Assembly: GCF_009834535.1 (NCBI RefSeq)
Contig: NC_045697.1
Location: 105,712,001-105,776,000 of the forward strand
Length of the DNA: 64,000 bases
Origin: Camelus ferus
Lineage: Eukaryota
Reading direction: 5' to 3'
The notes under the pieces are model-generated. The model was given only the letters and a program-made list of their open reading frames with translations. It was not told the origin of the DNA and did no database searches. A program made the translations under genes and the position numbers. Shown piece after piece: positions 23,716 to 37,140 of this stretch (positions are counted from its first letter, which is position 1; each line of letters opens with the position of its first letter).

Positions 23716-26649
23716 ACACTTTGGAAGGTTTAGTAAAAAAAGGAGAGAAAATGCTAATAAAATATTGTAAATAAAAGTGAATATAGCAAGGAGTGACAAA
23801 ATTTTTTAAACATCAAGTATGTGTATACAATTTACATATTAATTTGAAAATTTAATGACATAGACTTTTTTTGAAAAAAGAATTTCTGAAAGTATCTGTG
23901 AAGAGTTGAAAACCAAAATATATAAATAACTGAAAAGAAATTGAAAAATCAGTAAAATAATTGTTAACAAAAGTCACTGAGGCTAGTTGATTTCATGGAA
24001 ATATTCTTTCAAACTTTCAAGGAACAAATGATATGCTTTCCATTTAAGCCCTTTTTGAGGAAAAGATGGTTCAGTATTTTGAAACTGGCATAATACTTAT
24101 GGCAAATACAGAACAAAAGAAACCTATACCCTCTTCAAAATATTAAACACTCAAATGTCCTGTCAGAATTTGAGTTATTCTATACAGAAAGCATTTCATA
24201 TATTCAGCCAAATGAATGTAATAAACCACAGATAAAACAAATCTTAACAGAGTTCTTTAAGATAGGATATATTAGGATCAATAATATACTAAAATGAGTT
24301 ATAAGCTTCTGTAATTTATTTTGGCCATGAGACACACTCTTCCTTATATTTTCTTTACCACACTGTGCACCTAAAAACTCCTCACAGTGTTTGGCCTGCT
24401 GGTGTTCCAGGCACTGGTGACTGCTCCAGTCCTCAGCTACCAGAGAGATGTCAGAGACCAATGTCCCTGATTCATAAACTTGTTGAAATCCTAAATAACA
24501 GAGATCAAACGAAGGCTGGCAGGATATTTACAGAATCATTCATTATCATCTTATAGATTTAATCCTAAGAATGCAAGATTGATTTACTACTATGAAACAT
24601 ACTCATAAACAGTTTCAAAGGCTAGATTTACGAAAATGATCAGTTAAACTATTGGCAAAATGGACTCTAGTAAAACAAAAGAGAGGAATATGTTCCTTTA
24701 TGAAATTGGCAACGGTGGGCAAGTGTTGGTTACAAAGCTGGTGAGATTACTGCGAGGTGGTCTAGCTCAGATCCTGCTGGTGAGAAGGTCACTTGGCATC
24801 AGTCTTTCTGGGGGACAATTTGGTGGCACATGACTTCAATCTGTAGTCAATTCTTAAAAAATTAAAAATTCTTAGGAGCCTTAGATTCTAAGAGAATTGG
24901 TGAGAGAAGGAGGGAAGGAGACAGAGGGAGAAGGAAAGAGAGAAACTGACAGAGGCAGATGTTTGGTTAATAGTGTCTTTAATTTATAAACTTTGCTGCA
25001 GACCCTTAGAACAAGCCATCCTCTGCCCGCCCTTCCTGACTCTCACCCCGACAGCCAAGAGGCTTTAGTGCTAAGGAAAATGAAATTAACTCTTCAAGTA
25101 AAAATCATTACCGACCCCCTAAGTCAGTAGCATGTAAGTGGTTTATTTGCAATCCTGGGTTAAAATATTACCGAGGTTCTCAGGCCATATCAGGAAGACC
25201 ATCTCTGGCTCCATCAGCTGGGCTGCAGTAGCCAGGTTTTCCTCGAACAGTAATAAGTTGAATTGCTCTGTTACCCAGGATCCTGAGAACTGAAAGTGTG
25301 GGGACAGGCCAGTTACCAGCTGCTTCCTTGAAAGTCCAGAGGGACGACTGAAAGGGACAGCTGTGGTTCTTCAATCAGAACTTTCTTCCTCTGAGATTCT
25401 TAATGCGAATGAGGTTTTGGAAATTTAAAAGCGTATTTTGTTATCCTGTGGCTCCCTGCCTCGGAGTGTCAGCCAAAGCTGTAATGCAATAATATCCAAG
25501 GGTGGGGCTTTGGTTCCCCGCAGTCCTGTAGCTACAGGGTCATGCTAATGCATCCCCCGCACAATCACAAAGAACTCATAATGCCAGCCTTGGAGGGGCC
25601 TGGGTGTCTTTGACACCTACCTGTTAACCTTCAAGTTCAGCAAGGATGCAGCTCGAAGACACAGCTGCTCTGAGCGAAATCCCTCCTACTCACGAAGACT
25701 TCACTCTGATTAGGTTTGAATAAAACATTATGTGGAATCTCACATTATATACTCACACATGCTTATTTTAAATATCTGGGTTTTGTGGGATATGCTATTT
25801 TGAAAAGTTTCTCTATGGTTTACCAGTTCCATGTTTTACTTTACTTTTTACAAATTTCTGAGAGTAACAGCAATGAGATTACTGAGAATTTTTCATTTGT
25901 GTGGAACATAATGAGAATGTGGATAAATGTATAAGTACAAAATATCCTGTGAGCTTGTGTTTGTGTCCACATATGTACGTGTTTTAACTGTGTACTTATT
26001 TCCATGGCAACAACTGGAGACGAACAGAGCAATTAACACAATTTTACAAATTATTTTAACCAATTCTTAGCCATTTTGAAATTTACCAGGATATGTATTT
26101 ACTTAGATTGTTCCTCCTTCTATCATACTTTTAGGACTTGATACTTACAGCAAAGGATACTCAATTAAATACTTAGAAGCATTCCAAAGCAACTTCGTCA
26201 CTGCTATAGAAATTTTATGATTAATTTTCCAATTAGCCCTTATTAAAGGCCTAGAGCAAATTATTTTTTGTTCGTTTTGTTTGGTGAGAAAGAGTAAGTG
26301 ATGGAAAGACTTCTATTGCAAAGACTTTATTAATAAAATATTCTGAAGTGCATGATTTAAAGAAGGAAAGTTTGTGCTGCTGGTGCAGTTTAATAATGTC
26401 ATTTACACGAAGCTCAGTGGAATGGCAGCAGCAGAATAATGGCACACTCTAGAAAGTTATTAAGCTAAATATTAAAAATGTTGCCTTATACTTTTAGGCA
26501 TTTAATAATTTATAGTATGTAACTGATAATCTGAATGAGAAGCAGGGCATGGAGGCAAAATACCTCTGGCCAGTGAAAAAGTAGGATCTGACTGATGCTA
26601 ACGTAAGTCCTATAATATAGTCATGGTTCAGTGAAGTGAATAATGTCAA

Positions 26650-26681
<32 letters not shown>

Positions 26682-27016
26682 GTAAGTTCCTTGCTGAAGG
26701 TCACCAAAAACTCACTTGGCCCAGTTACTTATCTTCTCAGTTCCTCAATTTTATAATCTGTAAAATGGGCTGCTTTGGACAACAGAATGAGAAGAGAGAT
26801 GCAGAGGCACTTTGAAAGCTTGCTACAATAGTAGTAGGAAAAACAAAGGTAGTGCAGTGGACCATGGCCAGGTTAGCCACATCTCTTTGTTGTTAATGCT
26901 TATGATGGTAAAGTTGTGGGACAGATTAAGAAAAAAAGTGCATTTTAAAAAAGCTCTTAGAGGAGTATGCTTTGCTGATCTCTGCATATCTGTTACATTT
27001 TTCTTTCTTACTTGAC

Positions 27017-27321
27017 TTTTTTTTATAAAAATTTTTATTGATTTATAATCATTTTACAATGTTGTGTCAAATTCCATTGTAGAGCACAATTTTTCAATTA
27101 TACATGAACATATATATATATTCATTGTCACATTCCTTTCTCTGTGAGCTACCATAAGATCTTGTATGTATTTCCCTGTGATATACAGTATAATCTTGTT
27201 TATCTATTCTACAATTTTGAAATCCCAGTCTATCTCTTCCCACCCCCCACCCCCTTGGCAACCACAAGTCTGTATTCTATATCTATGAGTCTATTTCTAT
27301 TCTGTATTTATGCTTTTTTTT
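27017..27321 (-). mobile_element. Young camelid-type L1 3' end
   Basis: Poly(T) then tttattgatttataatcattttacaatgttgtgtcaaattcc..gtgagctaccataagatcttg..ggcaaccacaagtctgtattcta. Confidence 0.85.
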
Positions 27322-29849
27322 ATCCTTACCAAAAACTTCCATTTCTTCATCATTTTATCATGTATATGTCTCATTATAGCTATCTCAGTTTCAATTCTTG
27401 CTCATATCTCACTCCCTTTCTTAATGTTCTTAGTTCAAATTTCTGAGAAAGGAAACTTACTGGACCAGTTTATTTTTCGATGCCAAGCCAGGGATCATAT
27501 GTCACTAGCCAGCAGGAAGACTGGCTGTTACTGAGTTAGTGCCAACCCTAGTTTAACCAGCTCTGGTCAATGAGGAGGTGGTCAAAGATTTATATGATAG
27601 AAAACATTGCTGACTAGGGAGCAAGAAACCCGAGGCATGGAAATTTCATTAATAGGGGCCTGCAGACAAGTAGGTGCTGATGGAAATCATACGTTCATCT
27701 TGACATTCTGAATGACTTCCAGCTCCCTAAAAGTGACTTGATCTTTTCTCTGTGTCTTTTAGATGTTGATTTTTTTTCTGCTCCATTTCTGTAATGGATC
27801 TTGAACTTTGCTTAATAAATAAGTTTACTCCCTTGTTTTGAACCTCCAGTGTCCCCTTCAGTATGGAACTCTGTTTTGGCTTTTGCCCATACATGCATTC
27901 AGTGAGCTATGAGTTGGGGAAATAGAATCTTGACAAGTGGGATGGAGAAAACTAACATGAAGAAAATGTAAATACTTTCTTTGATTGAGTAAAACCTGTC
28001 TCAGCAACATCGTGCTCTGCTGCACCTATTTCTTCTACTTTTTGATTTTGCAGTGCACAGAAACGATCCAACTCTTTGAAAGGTAGACAGAGGGCATATC
28101 TTTCATTAGTTTGCAAAGTGTGGGAAAGGTGAATAGGCTGAGAAAAAGAGGAGACAAAATCTTCCAACAAATAAGCTGCTCAGGGAAATTTGGTTGGAAC
28201 AAGCTTGATACTGGAGAACAAGCCACTGAGAGGTGATTTGGATTGTCTCAAGAGGCAGAACGAGTGAAGAAGCCCTTGCACTTGACCTCGGAGTTTGTTT
28301 TTTTCTTTCAAAAGTATATTCAAAATATTTTCTGCTATAATAGTTAATATAGTTTAAGTTTTTTTAAAATAATACATTAATTTTGGAACTAAAAGGAGAT
28401 AAAGTATACTTTCTCTATGTCAAGCGAATTAACCAGGTGTTGAAGGCCTTCCAGCTTGGGTCATGTGATTGACACTCTACTGCCACCTTTTGGAAGCTCA
28501 CCTATCTTGTAGGTCCCTCTTTTTGAGTCATTATTAAATTCAACTCATAACCTATAAAATTAAAGATAGTAATTAATAGTAACGTGAAAAGGGATATTGG
28601 CAATAATGAATATGATTATGGTAAGAGCTAAGAAGTTCTTTACTTCTGAATAAAAAGAAAAAATAAAAATAAAAAAATTAGTAATGTCTGAGAGGGCTGA
28701 ATTAAACCCCAATTTTAGGATCCACCCTTGATGTGATCTCAGAAAACTTTCTGCAATCATTTATTCATTCATCCACCAAATACAGAATGAGTATATATAA
28801 TGAGTGTTCATCATGTGCCCACAACTGTGCTAGATACAAAAGATGATGATGATGGCAAAACAGTAGACCCACATTCCCCAGAAGTCTAATCCAGAGACTG
28901 CTGCCAACTTGTATTTTAAATATGAATAAAGTTTTATTACTTATTTTTTTTCAGGTTGGGAGATACACGATTTAAAAGTTTAATTCTTTTCCCCACATTT
29001 GAGGGGTTATTATAAAAATGAGGTCCTTTATAAAGTGCTCTAGTATAAGTGCTTTACACACTGTAAATTTCATAATAGGTGGTATGTATCATTTCCAGTG
29101 TCTTCCAGAATGTTTAGTATGGGATGATAGTGGTACTGGTAATAAATAAATTGATATTAAGAATATAATTAAGTAAAAATTTTAAGTTCCTTAAGTCAGA
29201 GAGATAAGCATAGTAGGTTGTGAGATACAATTTATGTTGTACATAAGAAGAGTAATTTTTCCCCTACTGATCATATAGGCCATAAATTCTTTTTTGGAAG
29301 CCACTGGAAAATAAACTATAAATACATAATATTAATTGTTCTAGAAAGACTTTTTATGAAAACAGGCTTTTAGGAGCCATTTAAGTAAAGGGAGGGAGAA
29401 AAGTAGATGAGTTTAGATAGGGAGGATGTTCTGAGTTTAGAGTGCAGCTTGGGAGAGGGTTTGGCCGTGGGTGGAAGTGAAATGCAAATAGGAAGAAGGC
29501 TGTTTGCACATGTGCTCATGGAAGCAGAGTGAAGCTCCACAGAGGAGTAAAGGGATCTAAGGGGAAGGAAGGATAAAGGAGCAGTGATTAAATAGTCATC
29601 TGAATCCAAAGTCTAATAGATAACTCCAAAATGAAATAGTGTGCTCCATTGTTAAAATGATGGGCACCGTGGAGGGAAGGGGATTTCTGAAGTCAAGCAG
29701 TACCTTGGTGGATTGTGAGAGAGGTTTACTTCCCACAGATTGAAAGGAAGATAAAAATGGGATATTGCACATGGTTGGAGAGTACCAGTTCCTGGGAATA
29801 TTGCCTGGGATTACAGCAATTTACTTGCTTACTTGCTTTGTTTTGTCTT

Positions 29850-30147
29850 GTTTTAATTGGGCATAAAACGTGTATAACTTAAAATTTTTAAGTGTACATT
29901 TCAGTATCATTAGGTATATTCACATTGTTGTGAAGCAGATCTCCAGAACTCTTCCATCTTGCAGAATGGGCAAGCTCTACACCCATTAAACAACAACCGC
30001 CCCTTTCACCCTTGCCCCAACACCCTGGCCACCCACTTTGTTTCCATGAGTTTGACTACTATTGGTAGCTGTTATAAGTGAAACCATACACTAATTGTCC
30101 TTTTTGGGGACTAGCTTATTTCACTCAATGTAGTGTCTTCAAGGTTT
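29850..30147 (-). mobile_element. L1MB-like 3' end
   Basis: ttttaagtgtaca..attcacattgttgtg..atctccagaactctt..cttatttcactcaatgtagtgtcttcaaggtt. Confidence 0.8.
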
Positions 30148-31179
30148 ACTTGGCTCTTCTAAACCCTTGGGAGAAGTATAACTAATCAGAGAAGATACTT
30201 TGGTGATGGCAATGAGTAAAAACGTTCTTCCTGGAAAACTGAAGGGACCAGATCTCAACCAGGGCTGTAGGAATGTGGTGGGGGGCAGAGGGAAGGATAA
30301 AGGGAAGGGATGGGTAACAAGCTTAGACAGAGAACAGAGAACAGGTTATGTGGATAAAGCCTGGGAAGCAAATAGACCCTGAAAATATAACCAGAGGCCA
30401 CCAGACAAAGGAAATGGGAAATGGGAACCTTTTATAGTGTGACCCAGATTGAACACTGAGTCTATGGAGTGTACAGGAACTACCCTTGGGCCAGTCTAGT
30501 TTGGACTTTGACATTGGACAGAGAATCTGGAGAACATATCTTTAATATAGGCCATGTAAAAAACAACCCAAGCTTTTACCAGGGTGAAGACTAACATCTA
30601 ATAAGTCCTAAAGAGGAGTCCAAAGAAGAGTGGACCAGATGATGTGGGAAATAAATCCATGTTGGGAGATATTAGAAAAGATCAATTACTTTTAGAGATA
30701 TCTGAGAATCACTGTCTGCTTCTTGAAGCCTTTCATCTTTCCCTGTCTATGTCATCTTCCATTCAAATGTAGACTGTGAAGAATTGGCATAAAAATGTGG
30801 CCATATTTTCCAAGATGATCTCAATTAGTGTGTGTTTATAGGAAAATCTAAGATTATTCTGCAGTATGTGAAACTGTAGCTGGACAGATTTTATAAGTAT
30901 ATCGTGGAGCACTCATGAGCTGTTATTACTTGAATTATGTACATAAATGTTTCTGAGGCAAACATAGTTCTTCAAGGTTGCTTCTGAATTTCCTAATATC
31001 TTAAGCTATGAGTAGATTAGATGAACACTTGTATTTTTTTATTCATTTACTTTATTTTATGTTATTTTTTAAGATTTGTTATCTCAAGTTGTGGTATATT
31101 TCTGTATTTCTTTTTTATGAAAAATTTAAAAATTTAATTAAGTGAAAGATTTTTAAATTTCTATGGTGTTAATAAATTT

Positions 31180-31740
31180 ATTCTTAAATCCATTTTACAA
31201 ATCTCTATGAAGTGCCTGCTATGTGCCACATGCTATTCTAGGGGTTGGGAATATAGAGAAAAATAAAGTGTTGCCCTACTGGAGTTGATATTTCCACTGG
31301 TGGTGGACAAGGAGTAGAAAATAAGATGAAATAAATTATTGAACATACAACAAGGTGATGTTAAGTCATGATATGTGTGATACAGAAAATTTTTAAAAGA
31401 TGATGTAATTAAAAAGTCAGAAGGTGGTGTGAGATTTGAGTGACCACAAAGGACTCCTCTGGGGTGGTAACATTTGAGCTGAGACCCAAAAGACAAGAAA
31501 GAGGCCAGCTGGCAGTGGGGGGTGGAGGGTGGCTGATGGAGAACCAAAGGCAAAGCCCTAAAGCAGAAATGAGTTTGATGAGGGCTCTGAAATAGGAAGA
31601 GGGTGAGAGGGGCTACAGTGTGGTACAGGAGGGAAGAGTGGAGGGAGTTACAGTTGCAGAGAAAGACCTCGTTGATCAAAACATGGCACAGAATTTGGAC
31701 TTTATTCTGAGTGTAGTGGAACACCATTGCTGAAGAGCAA
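31180..31740 (-). mobile_element. L2 3' region
   Basis: gtgcctgctatgtgcca..ctaggggttgggaata..acatttgagctgagacc..tttggacttttattctgagtg. Confidence 0.8.
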
Positions 31741-32843
31741 CTTTTTTATAAAGACCAAAATATCTACTATATTACTGTGAGAAGGAATAGAGAATGTGAC
31801 CAAAAAATCACTTTACTACTAATAAAGTTGATATTTGTTGGAATATGACTAAAATATCTACTTTATTATTAGTAAAACAAATATTGGAGAATGTGGGTTA
31901 TATCTGTGGACAAGTGGGGGACCTTCTCCTCTAAGACAGGGAGGAAGAAAGCAAAAAGAACATGCTGGAAGCTTATCTACTCCAAAGAGTTCACTGGAGG
32001 AATTTTTAACTAGGAAGTGACACTATACAATTTCAGAAATGCAGGAAAAGTGCCTACAATTTGATATTCCACCATTAGAGATGTATTTCTTTGCTTCCTT
32101 CCTTGGTTTACTGAGAATCTATTACCCATCCATCACTGTGCTGGCTGCTGGTTATCCAGACAAGAGTTCCAGCCCTCAGAGATCTTCTAATTTCATGGTA
32201 GAGATGACAAATTAACTAGTGCTGGTGAAGGTAGAGTTTTTTTTGAGGGAGAAAAAATTCATGTTTAGGAAAACTCTAGAATGGGCTGTTTTTAATTGTA
32301 AAACATAAGGTCTCTTAGGGGTAGTGGGATAGGAGAGATTTGGACAGAAAAGCAAAAGTGATCTGGATAATAAAATGTCAGGAATTTGGGGTTTTCATAT
32401 TGGTCCCCAGGACTTGGAATAAAGTAGGGGGAGGATGGGAAAGGATTTTGGAAGAAGAGGGATCCAATATGGCGGCAGGCAGGCCACTGGGTTCAGTTTT
32501 GAGGAACTGAGATATAAAGTTATTTCCTGCCCTGGGCTATAATTATCCCTTATTATTTATGACATTATTTTGAAAAATCTGTTACATACAATAGCCTTAT
32601 ATTCCTAGTAAATTAAAGGAACACATGGGAAATGTCTGTTCTGGGGGAAGAAATGCTGGAAAGAATAGAGGTAGTAGCTCTCAGAGGCAGGAGCAGGAAA
32701 GGGAGTGGGAAATCAGAGGGAGTGATGGCAAGGACAGAAGCCCCTCGGAAATGCAAGCAAATAGGGGAGACTTCTGAGGACTTTCCTCCTGAGCCGTCTT
32801 ATTTAGGTATTAAAGGAAAAAGTGATGCTCCAGAGGGACTGAG

Positions 32844-33315
32844 TGTTACCGAGTCCAAACTCATTCTGCTCACCGCATGACATCCCAATAAATCAGGAGA
32901 CGAGGTATTGGGGCAAGGAATAACGACTTTATTCTGAAAGTCAGCAGACCGAGAAGATGGCAGACTAATGCCCTGGGGAACCATCTTACCCAAGTCAGAA
33001 TTCAGGCTCCTTTTATACCAGAAAGGGTGGGAGGGTGGTTGGTTGTTGCAAACTTCTTGGTGTCAGAATTCTTTGTTCTTGCAGCTGTCTCCGTAGGTCA
33101 GGTCATGGTGTCCCTGTAAACCTCCAGCAAGACAAATGTTATTCTCTGCTCTGCAACATTTTATCTATATGTGGATAAAAAAGCATTATAACCTTAAAGA
33201 TCAGAGCCTAGAGAATGGGCTTCTCCTGTATATTTCAGGCTCTAGGCAACATTCTTTTATAAAAGGTGCAGAACCAGCATGACTCAGCACAGGAAACAGA
33301 GCACAGGGTTAGAGC
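32844..33315 (-). mobile_element. ERV1 LTR, MER41-like; distal end interrupted by L1
   Basis: tgttaccgagtccaaactcattctgctc..ccaataaatcaggagacgagg..ggggcaaggaata..actttatt (antisense polyA signal)..ctccttttata (antisense TATA); close homologue at 40327. Confidence 0.8.
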
Positions 33316-33317
33316 GA

Positions 33318-33620
33318 ATTTATAATATTATATTAGTTTCAGATGTACAACATAGTGATTCAGTATTTTTATAGATTATACACCCTTTAAAATTATTACA
33401 AAGTAATAGTTATATTCCCTGTGCTGTACAATAGATCCTTGTTGCTTATTTATTTTATACATTGATGTTTGTATCTCTTAACCCCGACCCCTCTCTTGCC
33501 CCTTCTTCCCTTTCCCCACTGGTAACCACAAGTTCGTTCTCTATTTGTGAGTCTGTTTCTGCTCCGTTATATTCACTCATTTGTTGTACTTTTTAGATTC
33601 CACATAGAAGTGATAACATC
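33318..33620 (-). mobile_element. L1 3' end
   Basis: attagtttcagatgtacaacatagtgattcagtattt..ccccactggtaaccac..tttagattccacata. Confidence 0.88.
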
Positions 33621-34614
33621 TTTTAAGCTGTGCTTAGGCAAGGATGGCTTCAGGCAGATTAAGAGTTGGTTAGGAAGTGAGTGCAGGCTTCTTTGAAAGC
33701 TCTTCCCACCTCTCTGCCCTCCTGTTGTAACTTCTGACCATCGCAGACTCCCAGACTCGCAGGCTGTGCCCTGGGACTCGGGTGCTCTCCTGTCGCTGGG
33801 GCATCACACAACATAGTCTGGTCTTCCTGTTCCATCCTTCTTTTCCTCATCACAGATCCCTGGTCAGTCTCAAGACCTTGTTCTCTGCTAAAGAAGAGCT
33901 GGTGAAGCATATACTCCTTCTGAGGATCATCTTCTCACCAGGGCCCTGGGGAGGTGAGCTTCAACTTATTCTGCACCTTCCCCGGGCCACAGTCTTTGCT
34001 CTTTGTCTAGCACGTGGCGCCTTGCCTGGGACGCAGTATGAGACCAGCACAAAAATCTAATGAGTCATTGCAACCGATTCTATCCTGTTCCAATTGAAAT
34101 GAAAGTCCAGACAGATCATTAAGCTTATCTGTGCTTGCTTGCTGAGTGGCCCAGTGAGGACTGAAAGGGAGGGGGTCAGACTCCAAAGCTCAGGCTTGTC
34201 ATTCTGTGATGCTGGGCCACTTGCAGAGACATAAGTTACATGAACTTCAACAAAGAAACTAGCAGTGTGTGTCATTTCCACGTTCTTGTGGAATGATGGA
34301 GAAATACGATGCGGTTCTAGGATAATTAAATGAATACTTGACTTGTTGAACGACCATATATAAAGGCACTGACAGATGAGCTGATGTGGGCTTGGAGTAA
34401 GACGCTTCGTGGCCAACCCACTGTTAAGTCCTCAATCACGCCCTCCACAGCAATTCTGTTTATGACAGGAATGAAGATGTGTCAGTATTATGTATTTAAT
34501 CTGTAGTCACGTGAACACCAGAAGGATAGCAAAAATGACAGACTCATAATTTAAAGTGATCTTCACCCACTAAAATGCTGGGCTGAGTTTTCTCCAACTT
34601 ATTAATAAGAAAAA

Positions 34615-35060
34615 TTCCATACACTATTAAAAAAGGTTGAAAGAATACTGTAATGAATGCTCAGCTAAGGAGTACTTAGGTTGAACAACATTAGTATTTT
34701 ATCGGTTTTCTTTACTTGGTTTTCTAAATATTTATTCTTTTAGCAATTTGAAAGCAAGCTGCAGACTTCATAAAATTTGACTGCTGAATACTTCCTTATC
34801 TCCTAAAAATAGTCTCCTGTCACTCAAATTCTAACCATCACATCTAAGAAAATTAATAGCAATTCCGTAAGTTTGTGATATCCAGTCCATACTCAAATTT
34901 CTTTAATTTTTTATGGTGGTAAAATATTTATAATACAAATACTATTAATTACCCTTTAGCTAATTTTAAGTGTACAGTTCGGTGGCATTAAGTACATTCA
35001 CATTGTCATGCAACCATCACCACCATCCTTCTCTAGAACATTTTCTTCATCATTCTCAAT
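34615..35060 (-). mobile_element. Two adjacent old L1 3' fragments (L1MC-like and L1MB-like)
   Basis: tttgaaagcaagctgcagac..tatccagtccatactcaaattt; tttaagtgtacagttc..gcattaagtacattcacattgt. Confidence 0.65.
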
Positions 35061-35089
35061 TCTTGATCCACTGAATTTGATATGAAACT

Positions 35090-35690
35090 TTGTAGGGGCA
35101 GGGCCTATAATCTGACACATGGATCTAAAAGCCAACTTCATAAGCACATGGCTGAGGAGGTAGCAACTTACCTGTGACACGTATAAAAAAAATTGGGGGA
35201 TTTTAGTCAACAATAAGTTCAATAAGTTTGTGAGTGCCATAGTCCTGGACTCAGGGAAGACTGAAGTCTGCCGTTTTCTGCCCTGCTCAGACCCTCCTGG
35301 GAGCATCATGTCCAGTTCTGGGCTCCATACCATTTGGTAGTCAGAAAACTCTTGTCAGGAAGATGAAAGGATTTAAAACAGGCAGTCTCTGAGGAAGAGA
35401 GGAAGAAATTGGACATTTGAGGCTTGCGGAAAAAAACAAACAAAAACTGTTAACACCTTAAGTAAGAGATGTCATTTCAACTTGCTTGGAATATTTAAAG
35501 AACTCCCATTTGGAAGGTATGTTTGTTTTTTCTAAGGGGTAGTTCTCGGGCTAATAAGAGGAAAGTGCTGTGGGGAAGGCTTCAGTTTAGGCGAATAATT
35601 TAATCATAATGACGGGAGTTGATTAGAGTGTGGCCTTAGGAAGCAGCCAGTTCCTTGTCACAAGCGGCATCCACTCTAACACTTGGCAGA
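35090..35690 (+). mobile_element. L3/CR1 LINE 3' region
   Basis: ttgggggattttagtcaacaataagttcaata..ctgccctgctcagacc..tgtccagttctgggctcca resemble the CR1 ORF2 C-terminal region. Confidence 0.7.
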
Positions 35691-36519
35691 GGAACTCTAA
35701 GCACTGAGTGGCTTTTTAGACTAGAGGACTTTAGGGTCTCTTCTGTACAATGTTTCGTTTAGGATTCTTTGAGTTGCAAGAAGTAAACCCAGACTACTAC
35801 CTTCTCTTGAACTGTTGCATGTGACCAGTGGCAGGACTGAACACTGAAACTCAAGTAGGACAGAGCACACACGCTCGCTCCCCTCTCTCTCCCCTGCCCC
35901 CTCTCCAACTTGATGTGTTCTCTTTCTCACTCTGCCCACCCCACCTCTGGCCTCAATTTTTCTCATTGATTTGGCAGCAGCCTGGTTAGAAAAAAACAAA
36001 AACAAAAACAAAAACAAAACAGCTGCTGACTATTTCTGAATCTTAAGATGCTTGGTTGAAAGATCCTGGAGACAGGCCCTGTGTTACCAGTCATCTCCGG
36101 CCAGGGAAAAATGATGATGGACAAATTGGCTGGAGCTGTCCAGTTGTGAGCTCTCTCAGGTAACAAGGGACCCTGTGATGGCAGCTCAAATGCTGCGAAG
36201 GACAGGGGTGGGCATGGAGACCCTGTCCTGCCTGAAATGATGTGAGGGGCCAGTCCTGAAGGAAAATAGTCCTCTGCAGAGTCCTTCATGGCCACCTCAA
36301 GTCACCCTGAAGGAGAAAATGCTGGAAGGTCACCCGGACGCACCACATGAAATGTTGTAACATAGTTGGGGGCTGCCGGGAAAGCCCTGCTACCCACAGA
36401 CTGGCCAGGAATGCAGCAAATAAAGTGAGGCTTTCTTTTCTGAGAAATGATGGGGGCAGGGTGCAGCTGTGAGGCCAGGGCAGGGGTGCAGACATTTGAG
36501 TTGTGACTGAAAGCCAAGG

Positions 36520-36554
36520 GTGAGGCCTGGGACCCGTGAGGCCTGGGACCCGTG
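36520..36554. repeat. Perfect 16-bp tandem duplication
   Basis: gtgaggcctgggaccc twice, followed by gtg. Confidence 0.95.
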
Positions 36555-37140
36555 GGACCAGAGCTGAGATCTTAAGAGTTTTAGTAAAAAAAAGCCCCTG
36601 CTTCCTTTACACCCAGGAGAACTGAAGGTCCTCAAGGTGCAACAACAATTCAGTGGTAGAAAAAGTCTTGAACATGGGAGTCCCCTGGCCCCTGATATTT
36701 CTTCTACTCTATAAACCATCCTGCCTCTGAGAAATTACCTTATCGCTACCTTATCTTCCTGGCATTTTTGGTTTGAGAAGGACCCAGGCTTGGCTCTCAG
36801 AGAGAGGCCAAATGTCCCCAAGCACCAGTTCTTGAGGTCATTGCAAAGACACCCACGGGAGGAACTTTCCATTTTAATCTTTGTACCAGTTGTTTGAGTG
36901 TCACGTTCATGCACCCTCATTTTGCTATGAACTTATTCATTTTGGGGCAAATTCTACAAGTCACAGCAGGGATTTCAAAGAGAGAACATAAATGCAGGAC
37001 ATGCCCCTGGGAGCTAAGTCCCCGTCCTTGTGCCACTGCCCACCCCCGGCTTTCTACGTCCTGTCTCTGTCTCCCCCACCCCCATCAGCCCTCTAAGGCT
37101 GACCTGGAACCAGGACATTTCCAGGAGTGAGGGAGGCAGG

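Larger units (their letters stand above)
20880..24700 (+). mobile_element. Highly degraded ancient L1 hosting several nested insertions
   Basis: A-rich ORF2-like remnants at ~21350-21450, ~21975-22250 and ~23720-24130. Confidence 0.45.

Noticed and set aside
31233..31727. Longest ORF in the window (164 aa, minus strand)
   Set aside because: Lies entirely within an L2 relic; no recognisable domain or splice context
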